This document shows, piece by piece, positions 1 through 7,941 of a DNA stretch of 32,425 nucleotides. The position numbers and the translations under genes were made by a program. Position 1 is the stretch's first letter. Each line of letters starts with the position of its first letter. Source of the stretch: Chrysochromulina tobinii (lineage: Eukaryota); the NCBI GenBank assembly GCA_001275005.1, contig JWZX01003063.1, positions 1 to 32,425 of the forward strand, given 5' to 3'. The notes beneath the pieces are model-generated. The model was not told where the DNA came from and did no database searches. It saw only the letters and a list, made by a program, of their open reading frames with translations.

Positions 1-29
1 GCTGGCACGTGCTGCACACCACCACCACA

Positions 30-64
30 TGCGGTGCCATTTCTGCGCACGAAATGGCACCGCA
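30..64. repeat. Perfect 14-bp inverted repeat (hairpin, 7-nt loop)
   Basis: TGCGGTGCCATTTC (30-43) and its reverse complement GAAATGGCACCGCA (51-64); loop TGCGCAC. Confidence 0.9.
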
Positions 65-479
65 CCCGCCGCCCACGCCTCACCCCATCCCCGTGCTCCC
101 GGACAGGTTCTGATGCATTGGTAGGCATCCTCGTGGGGGACAAGGAGGAGCCCAGCAACAAGCGCGGGCACGGCGACGCGTGCGCGAGCGCTGGCGGCGT
201 GCGGACGGCGACGCTCGCTAGCAGGCCTTGAGAGAGGGCCGCGCGCCCGCCGTGAGGGTCCGCCGTGGGCGTTTGGGACCGGTCAAACGAGTACTGTACC
301 GACCTCGTACATGCTTGGGCCGGAGGTACACGCATCAGTAACGTGTGTAGGCTTTACTAACGACCCGCATTCACTCATTTGTCGGAAAGCGACGCGCTTG
401 GTTTCACCCTCGCATGCAACACGTCTAAAGGCAATCTTCCCGGTGGCGCTTTCGTTGCGGGTTGGCCTTGGCGGCGCGT

Positions 480-602
480 GAACTCTGAACAACGTTTAAA
501 CAACGTTAACAGCACTAACGGCTGCTGAACATTAAACAACATTAGGACTTGAAAAAAACACTAAGCCAACGTTAGGAGTCAACATTAACGTTGGAGAACT
601 CT
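480..602. repeat. AT-rich cluster of degenerate AACRTT repeats
   Basis: AACGTT/AACATT at 491, 502, 528, 538, 568, 581 and 587 in a locally AT-rich patch; GAACTCT occurs at both ends (480, 596). Confidence 0.6.
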
Positions 603-849
603 AGGTGACGCCGACTGAAACTTCCCAAATTCACTAGCAGCGTAGCACAGCCAGACGGTTCGACATAAACATATTCAGTTCACAACATGATTGTTCTCAC
701 AATCGAGCAGCTGGAGGGATGCAAGCGCCGTGCGCGCATGCAGCTCCCCAAAGGCGTCCTGTACAGAGAAGGGTGGCAGCGCACATGCGGCCAGCATAGC
801 ACAACGAGGATGTGACTACCAGGTTGGCCGTACCCGTGACCGCAAAATG

Positions 850-1299
850 TCAAGGGCCCGCCTTCCCCCGCAAGGTATCCAAATACCGCTCCACTTGTAG
901 CCCGAGAATGGGCTGCCCACGCTTCGTACGTTTATTGCACTTAGTGGTCCATTCACAGCGTCGCTTGCGGCTCAGCTCCTTTTTCCGCTCCTGCTCTTCA
1001 TGCGCCTGTCGAGCTACCTCTTCCGCTGCACGCGTGTCCGCTTGCGAAGCCTCCCACTGACGCCTCGCTGCCACGGCAGCGCCCACTTTCGCCTTAGCCG
1101 GCCGCGTAGGGTTGCTCGACGCAGATGCTCCGGCGAATTGCTCGTCTGAAGAACCAAAGTCTTGAGCCACGAGGGCATGGGGCGCTAGTTCTCCCAGACT
1201 CTTGAAGGCGTGGGCCCGTGCGCGGCCCAGCTTGTACTTCTGAACGCGATGGTGCTTTTTGTCGATGGCCCCGTTCCCGTACCTTTTCTGGGCCGACAT
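850..1299 (-). CDS. FYV7: rRNA-processing protein, FYV7/TAP26 (CCDC59)-like
   Basis: 149-aa basic coiled-coil protein ending KRTKRGQPILGLQVERYLDTL, matching the K(R/K)T(K/R)KGQPx(L/M)xxQ(M/I)xxLLxKI tail of the FYV7/CCDC59 family. Confidence 0.7.
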   Translation of the reverse strand: MSAQKRYGNGAIDKKHHRVQKYKLGRARAHAFKSLGELAPHALVAQDFGSSDEQFAGASASSNPTRPAKAKVGAAVAARRQWEASQADTRAAEEVARQAHEEQERKKELSRKRRCEWTTKCNKRTKRGQPILGLQVERYLDTLRGKAGP

Positions 1300-1433
1300 C
1301 GTGCTGGGGCGACGTCGAACAGAGTCGCGTGAATGGCTGTTACATGTACTATGTAGTAAGAATCCTCTCGGTGTGTTGACTTACATTAATTCGTCAATTG
1401 GGAACGGGGCCCGGCGCTTCGGAAAATGCTGAA

Positions 1434-2801
1434 ATGTTGTCATTCGAAGTGCGGAAAGCCTCCCGCGCTGTACAGCCAGCCCCAGCTCTTTGCCGACGCA
1501 CACGCGCGACATGGACGCGAACACAAAAGTGCCGAGTGGCAGCTGCAGCACTGGCGCTCGTCGCCACTTTATTCCTATTGGGGCGTTCAGACTTCCAAGC
1601 AGATTCCGTCCTACATTCTGCACAGCCTCCACGGATATCGCCACCAAAAGGCCTCGATTGCGTCGACTTTGTCATGGTGACCAATGCGCCTCTCGACTCG
1701 TGCGTCCTATTGGCGAGTGTAAACTCGCTCTGGCGGTATGCTCAGCCAAAGCCGTGCCGCGTTCTGCTTGTGTCGGCGGGCAGATGCAATAACGCACCTC
1801 GAGGTGTGCAGTGCCTGCACGAGGCGACACTGATACCGGGATTATCAATCACCTCAGTCAGAGATGCCCTGGCCCGTCATCCCACACCGACAAAAGGGGA
1901 GCTGCCCGCTGAAACGTTGAAAGCCCGCGCGGGGTGGCTGCTACAGCAATTCCTCAAGCTTGGCCTTGCTGAGTACAAGCATGACCTGACAGAGCATTTT
2001 GTGATCTGGGACTCCGATTGCGTGGTTCTGCGACCAATATCCTTTTTCGACGAAGATTTGCGCTCGGTTGCACGGATGCACGGAGCCAATACGCTTGCGA
2101 ACCGTGACAAGCTCGTGCCGTACAAACCGCAGGCTGTCGCGGCCGAGACAGGCGCAGCACGGCATCCTCCTGTCCCACCAGGCATATCCCACATGAGCGA
2201 GCTCGGCGCCGTGACACCGTCCGCGAACTTTGTGGCGGGCTCCCAAGGCTGCGACTACGCGTGGGTCTTCCATCAGCTAACGGGCGGGCTCCCGTTGATA
2301 GTACCATCGCACAGTCGCGCACATATGACCTCTTTCGTGACACACTACATGGCGACGCGTCGATCGACAGTGAATACGATGACGCAGACCTTTGCTCGCG
2401 TAGGAGCTCGCGTTGGAGCGCAGCAAGGTGCAATGACGCCAGGTATCGAGACCAATGCCTCGGCCAAAGACGGCCTGCCGCCGTGGATGGCTCACGTCCT
2501 CCGAGTGGTTCGCGACAAGTGCGGCTTCACCGAGTACGGCTCCGTGATCAGTTGGACTCTGCAGCGTGCTCCAGAACAGCTGCGGTTCGTTCGTGAGCGC
2601 GACTGGGTGCGTGTGCCACACGTGAACGGGATCTGCCCGACATACGACGCGCTGCGACCTTTCGAGAACTTATCATACGTCGGGTGGGAGCAGAACGGCG
2701 GAGCCGCTGGGTACGGGGGCGGAATGCAGAGTGGCTGGAAGTTTGAGCTGCTGAAGCGTAAAAACCAGCTGCGCATGTGGTTGCTCGGAACGAGCATATA
2801 G
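1434..2801 (+). CDS. Type II membrane GT-A glycosyltransferase-like protein (DUF6492-like)
   Basis: N-terminal signal-anchor (VAAAALALVATLFLLG); motif RAGWLLQQFLKL...HFVIWDSDCVVLRPISFF with DxD; FVTHYM and FTEY further downstream. First in-frame ATG is at 1434 (the track uses TTG at 1398). Confidence 0.7.
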   Translation: MLSFEVRKASRAVQPAPALCRRTRATWTRTQKCRVAAAALALVATLFLLGRSDFQADSVLHSAQPPRISPPKGLDCVDFVMVTNAPLDSCVLLASVNSLWRYAQPKPCRVLLVSAGRCNNAPRGVQCLHEATLIPGLSITSVRDALARHPTPTKGELPAETLKARAGWLLQQFLKLGLAEYKHDLTEHFVIWDSDCVVLRPISFFDEDLRSVARMHGANTLANRDKLVPYKPQAVAAETGAARHPPVPPGISHMSELGAVTPSANFVAGSQGCDYAWVFHQLTGGLPLIVPSHSRAHMTSFVTHYMATRRSTVNTMTQTFARVGARVGAQQGAMTPGIETNASAKDGLPPWMAHVLRVVRDKCGFTEYGSVISWTLQRAPEQLRFVRERDWVRVPHVNGICPTYDALRPFENLSYVGWEQNGGAAGYGGGMQSGWKFELLKRKNQLRMWLLGTSI

Positions 2802-2882
2802 CAGCGTTAAAACTTTTGTCAGTAAACCAATACAGCGCCATCGTGGCAATGCTGACTACATTCCACGGTCTCTCCCCACATC

Positions 2883-4952
2883 ATGTCCTTTTGGCGAGAG
2901 CTGCGTCGCGAGGTGCAGACCACCTTTGGTCGCAGGCGTGCGACCGGTGGAGCTGCGGGTCACACGCGCGTGGTGCGTGCTCCTGCTGGCGTCCACGGTC
3001 TCGTTGTGCAGGAGGATGAGAGTGGCAGCGGCTGGGATCTAATCGAACGCAAGGCTCAGGAGCCGCCCGTGGTATACACGGAGCGGTGCGGAGAGGTCGC
3101 TCTCGCCTCGAGCCAGTACCTAGTGGGTGGCGAGGAAGGTGCTGCCGATGAGGAGGACGCCGAGTACCGACGCATCTGGAACCTGCCACTCCGCCGTGCT
3201 GGTGGCAGCTGCAGCAGTGCATCTTCTCGGTCGCAGGGCAACGTACAGCCGCCCGGCGCCGGGGCCAGTGCCGATCTGGCCCGCGCATCGATCGGACTTC
3301 GTTCGAGTGCGAATGTATCGTTGTCACCCTCAGTTACTGAGGATGCTGCAGCAGTGATGTCACCTGCTACCGCAGCAACAGCCGTACCGGAAGCAGCTGC
3401 GCCATCGCAGTTGGCGATCCGACAAGCGCCGCTAGCCAACTTGCCGAGTCTTCGCGCTGCCTCCTGCCTGTCATCGACCGATCCGTCGTCCGTTTCCTGC
3501 GCACATGAGCCCACGAGCGCCGCGAGCATTGCGGTGCTGGAGCCACTCTCGCCATTGCCGCTGCCTTCGTCAACAGTAGTGATGTCAGCAGCTGGAGCCG
3601 CAGGAGGAGGAGAAGGAGGAGGAGAAGGAGGAGGCGCCGCCGTTGGGGCGGCGGCGGTAGTAATGCCTGCGGATGGATACGCTGAAAGTGCTGTGTGCGC
3701 GTCTGCAACAGCCGGGGTCCCAGTTGGCTCAGGCAGCTCAAGTACCGACCGTGGCAGCACCGGCGGCGGCGAGCCTCCTTTGGCGGCGGCAGACAACTCC
3801 TCTCCTGTGCTCGGTGCACAAGCTGATGCATGCGCCTTTGACGCAGCAAACCAAGGTGTGGCGGATGGCGGTCAGCGCGGCTATTCCAGCGGGATGCTTG
3901 TCGTGAAACTGCTGCGGTTTCTGTGCGTGATCGTGAGATGGTGCGGCATGTTTGCCGTCCACTCCTCCCTCGGGCTGATGCAAGCGCACCACCCCGGGCT
4001 GACTTTCTTCCACCTGCTGCGCAACGTGCACTTGCGCCAGTGCGTGATTCAGTGCGCGATGCTCAACCTGCTGCTCTTCCGCGGCGCACTGCACGTGTAC
4101 GAGAAGCTGCTGCCGGCCCTGTGCCTCTCCGTTCTGGGCGTGCGCTTGATGGGCGACTGGCGGTATGAGCTCGCAATCGTGGTGTTATGGGCGGCGCCTG
4201 CATACGTCGTCTGCGAGATCGTCACAACATCACTCCACTTCAAGATGGCGCAGAAGATGGTCAACGACGCGCAATCCCCGCCACCCGTCGGAGTGCAGAC
4301 TGCAAGGAGCAGCGATCCATGCGACTCCGCCGCTCGCTCCATCAGTCACATGGGCGGTGTCGCCACAGCAGCACCGGCAGCATGCGACAGAATTCTGATG
4401 GCAGCAGCTAATGAGGGGCCCAGCTGTGGAAGGAGCAGTCGTAGAGGCGATGACGACGTGGATAGCGGTAGTGTTCATACGACTGCACGAGGAGAGGATG
4501 GTCAGCGTGACGCGATGCTCAGCTTTACCTCGATCGTCTACACGCGGCTCATCTACCTTGTCTTCGTGCTGCAGATTCGCCTCTTCTGCGGCGTGCCTTT
4601 CGTCGGGCCAGTGCTGACACTCGTGCTCTCGGCGCTCCTCCACGCCTATGACTCGTTCGAGTTCATCTGGGATCAGCAGGGCTGTGGTGTCGCCGAGCGC
4701 TTCGCACTCATCGAAATGCACTGGCTCTACTTCTTAGGATACGGCGGCGTGCTCGCTTGTCTCTCCCTTCACCTGCGCTTCTGGGACCTCTTCGCCATTC
4801 GCACCGTGCTGTACCCCATCTACATCGCCAATGCACCGCATGCACGCTTCGAATCACGCAGGGCAAGCCAACCACTTCCAGTCTTTCAGCTGCCGCTTCT
4901 TGTGTTTAATGCCCTGCTTCAGCTCGTCGCTGCATCTCTCGCGCGATCGTGA
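2883..4952 (+). CDS. EI24: EI24 (etoposide-induced protein 2.4) family membrane protein with a long disordered N-terminus
   Basis: C-terminal multi-TM region PFVGPVLTLVLSALLHAYDSFEFIWDQQGCGVAERFALIEMHWLYFLGYG matches the EI24 signature (..YCFEYRW...RLxxIExxWPYxxGFG); about 330 aa of Ala/Ser/Gly-rich low complexity precede it. Confidence 0.8.
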   Translation: MSFWRELRREVQTTFGRRRATGGAAGHTRVVRAPAGVHGLVVQEDESGSGWDLIERKAQEPPVVYTERCGEVALASSQYLVGGEEGAADEEDAEYRRIWNLPLRRAGGSCSSASSRSQGNVQPPGAGASADLARASIGLRSSANVSLSPSVTEDAAAVMSPATAATAVPEAAAPSQLAIRQAPLANLPSLRAASCLSSTDPSSVSCAHEPTSAASIAVLEPLSPLPLPSSTVVMSAAGAAGGGEGGGEGGGAAVGAAAVVMPADGYAESAVCASATAGVPVGSGSSSTDRGSTGGGEPPLAAADNSSPVLGAQADACAFDAANQGVADGGQRGYSSGMLVVKLLRFLCVIVRWCGMFAVHSSLGLMQAHHPGLTFFHLLRNVHLRQCVIQCAMLNLLLFRGALHVYEKLLPALCLSVLGVRLMGDWRYELAIVVLWAAPAYVVCEIVTTSLHFKMAQKMVNDAQSPPPVGVQTARSSDPCDSAARSISHMGGVATAAPAACDRILMAAANEGPSCGRSSRRGDDDVDSGSVHTTARGEDGQRDAMLSFTSIVYTRLIYLVFVLQIRLFCGVPFVGPVLTLVLSALLHAYDSFEFIWDQQGCGVAERFALIEMHWLYFLGYGGVLACLSLHLRFWDLFAIRTVLYPIYIANAPHARFESRRASQPLPVFQLPLLVFNALLQLVAASLARS

Positions 4953-5403
4953 AAGGGAGCCGATCTTGCCACTTGCCTCTGGTGCGCACGCGCCGAAGGC
5001 GGTCGTCGGCGCGGCTTCTTCGTTCGTTCGGTTCTCGTTCGTCGGCGTCATTCGTGCATCGTGGGCCACCCAAGCATCCGACAGATCCACGTCGGCCGCA
5101 TCGCAAAGGCATCGCGACGCACCAGCCGGTAGGCCCGACCGTTGTAGAGTAATAAAGTATTTGGCGGGCCCAGGCGTCTTTTTCCCCGGTGTCACACCCT
5201 GTTTAGTTTCGGTTACAGTCGAGATCAATTCGTGGCAGGTCTGGACGAGCCGAGCGCGTCGGTAACTCGCGGCGTCCTCGGTCCTCGGCACAGCCGGGGT
5301 CGGCACCGGGCGCGACGAGCCGGGCTTCTGAACACTCAGCCTGCGCACAAACTCTCGACCGGGCCCGGGGGGGCGCCTTTAACACGCATATGTCCACTGA
5401 GCT

Positions 5404-6909
5404 TCACCTTCCGGTTTCACCCTCACGCAGGATTTGCGGTCCATGATCGCGGTGCCCCTCAAATGACCCAGATTGGAGCAGCACGCGCAGGCTCGCGGCG
5501 GCCACGAAAAGATCAGTTGATACCGCAGGGGTTTCAAAGAGTTCGTTGGATGAGACATCAGAGACGGTGGCGCCATAGAGACCTCTCGAGACAAGGCGAC
5601 AGAGACGTGGCATGGACGCACGTTTGGCCACGAATGGGTCCATCGGAGGGAAAACGCATGACGCTGAGCTGCCTTCCCAACCAAGCGACAACTGCGCCGC
5701 CACAAGGACATCATAAAAGATGCCCCCGAGCTCACGATTGAGATTTGCAGCACCTCGCTCGCCATTCGAGACCCTGGCATCCCCCATGATGTCGATCTGG
5801 ATGCCAGCGCTGACTGAGGTCAGAGCGACGAATGCGACAAAATGGTCTGTGCGCCGGATAACAAGGCCGAGGTGCGCATGCACCAATGCCACGTCCATAA
5901 ACAGAGAGCGTGCCCGACGATCCGCATAGTCACACGCAGCAAGGCGCATAGCTTCCCACTTGCCGGGGTAACGACTCGCGGCGAGATGCGGCTGCATGTG
6001 CGGATGCGTTTGAGAGGCGCCACCAGAGTGCAGCAGATCGAACGTGACAGACGGGAATTGCGCATCCGTCGGATATTCGGCGCTCGTGCGCAGGAACCAC
6101 TCGTGCGTGAGCGTGAACATGGCCACGACATCCGCTCGTCCAAGCCGCAACGGATTTACGAAGTGCCGGGTAGCCACGACGCCATGGTGCGCAGTCAGCC
6201 GCCCCATATTGGCAAAGCCCACGGCGTCGTCGTTGGACACGTAGCCAACGCGTGCATCCGCCATGGTGCGTTCCTTAGGCGCGCAAAAGTCAGAAGCCGT
6301 CGGCAGTTGGCAAGGCAACGAGCGCAGCTCCTCCACCAGGCCCTCAGGATCCTTTCGCAGCGAAGCACCGCTGCTGTTGGTGTCGCCGTCACCGCCAAAG
6401 CGCTGTGCTCGCACTCGATTGAAGGCCAGAGACTCGCCCGGAAGGAAGCGGCTCGAGATGCCAACAGTCACCTGGTCCTCGAAGGCGCTCACGTCACGGC
6501 CCTGCGCCTCGAGCCCTGGCGTTCGAAAAAGCGCGCATGCGATCAGTGCACGTAACAGAGGTGATGTGCACTTTCAGGAGGTGAGATGCTCACTTTTCCG
6601 CATCTGCGTAGGTATGGTACTGCGAGCGGTGCCAAGCTCAACGATGTAGAGCCCCCGCAACAGCGACGCGTGCTTGCTGCGCAGATCGGCGTACATGGCA
6701 CCAAGGTGTTCCATTCGGCGAGGCTGATCGTCGTGGGTACTGTGTGCGGGCAGATCTACTGCCGAGAACGATATGGCCGCTGCAGAGCAGACGCCAGAGG
6801 TGAATGGAGGCACTATGTCGAGCTTTGGCTGCGGCGCGGCGTTCCACACGAGCAGCGCCAGTGCGGCAGACGACACGAGAAGGAGCATGGAAAAGCCGCG
6901 CGTCACCAT
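5404..6909 (-). CDS. Signal-anchored HIT-superfamily, GalT-branch-like nucleotidyltransferase/hydrolase; exons 6594-6909 and 5404-6515 (475 aa)
   Basis: Track ORFs 6574..6909 and 5404..6492 join in frame through a GT-AG intron (..QMRKR|LEAQGRDVSAFEDQ..). Motif HSGGASQTHPHMQ (HxHxQ) at 5992-6030; N-terminal hydrophobic MLLLVSSAALALLVW. Confidence 0.75.
6516..6593 (-). other. Spliceosomal intron, 78 nt
   Basis: Minus strand GTGAGC...CACTGATC (branch-like)...TTTTTCGAACGCCAG; removing it restores the frame and removes an in-frame TGA. Confidence 0.85.
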
Positions 6910-7219
6910 CGCTGCGACCGGGTAAGTGAGAGGGAGTGAGACTCACTCACATGCATCTCTCACAAAGTGGTTTTCTGCGAAAGGTATTGTGCAGAATATG
7001 CCCAGGCAGCCCAGGCCAGCATGTTTCAGGCGGCCGCGGGTTTTGGTGATTTTCACAGCAACGTTTGCGACCCCCACACGACACACATTTCATGTTGTGG
7101 CGGAAGGTGCTGGCGAACTGCCGGGCGACGCTACCCGGCTCATTCGCTGCGCCGCCACTTTGTCTCTCGTTCTCGCACAAGCGCACTCACTCACCGCATA
7201 TATAAATTAGCGACATACG

Positions 7220-7819
7220 ATGGCTCGTGACGCACGAAAGTACCAAGGGCTCACCCTCTTGGGCACGTTCGTCGCCGGCGCTTTCTTCGATGCCTTCGTG
7301 ATGCGGTCAGGCTGCACGAGAGCTGAAGCATCACCTGTGTCACTTTCTGGCAAACACGTTCTGGAGGAACGCGGCCCGCCGACGAAGCAGGAGCTGGGGC
7401 TGGCGGGCTGGACGCTGCTGCATACGATGGCTGCAAACTATCCGGATCAACCCACGGCCGCACAACGGGGTCGAATCGAGGCGTTCCTGCATGCCCTCGG
7501 TCACCTCTATCCGTGCCCTGACTGCGCTGCACACTTCAGACTACACATGAAGGCCCATCCGGTGGTCAGCGCCACACGCGAAGGTCTATCACGATGGATG
7601 TGCGAAGCGCACAACGAGGTGAATTCTCGTAATGGCAAGGACACCTTTTACTGCGATGTAGGAGTGCTCGACGCGAGATGGAAGGACTGCGGCTGTGGCC
7701 ATGGCAATGTTTCCGTAGCGGCAGGCGCGGCACGCGGGGGCCATCAGCAGCCTGAACTGTCGCAGCAGCATCAACACGCGTTAACGTCCGGCAGGGGATT
7801 TCGTAGGCGACTTCATTGA
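7220..7819 (+). CDS. ERV2: Erv1/Alr-family FAD sulfhydryl oxidase, Erv2-type (N-terminal anchor, C-terminal CGC)
   Basis: ELGLAGWTLLHTMAANYP, redox YPCPDC, structural Cx16C (WMCEAHNEVN...FYC), tail RWKDCGC, and an N-terminal hydrophobic segment. Confidence 0.85.
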   Translation: MARDARKYQGLTLLGTFVAGAFFDAFVMRSGCTRAEASPVSLSGKHVLEERGPPTKQELGLAGWTLLHTMAANYPDQPTAAQRGRIEAFLHALGHLYPCPDCAAHFRLHMKAHPVVSATREGLSRWMCEAHNEVNSRNGKDTFYCDVGVLDARWKDCGCGHGNVSVAAGAARGGHQQPELSQQHQHALTSGRGFRRRLH

Positions 7820-7941
7820 TTGCCCTATCATCTTTTTTGTGAATGGACGCCAATTAGTACGTTTCAAGATGAAGGTGCTTCACACGAGTTCTTCTCGCGT
7901 GTTCACAGAACAAGTCGAGATTCGTCGTCGCTAGGATTAGG

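Noticed and set aside
34..231. 65-aa ORF, or the terminal exon of an upstream gene after a possible acceptor at 106
   Set aside because: GTG start, no recognisable motif, and the frame cannot be fixed without upstream sequence.
351..361. TACTAAC branch-point or U5-loop-like sequence
   Set aside because: No flanking exons, and it does not match the invariant U5 loop GCCTTTTAC.
4854..5348. 164-aa minus-strand ORF between EI24 and the GalT-like gene
   Set aside because: Non-ATG start, overlaps the EI24 3' end, no motif; more likely 3' UTR sequence (AATAAA at 5151).
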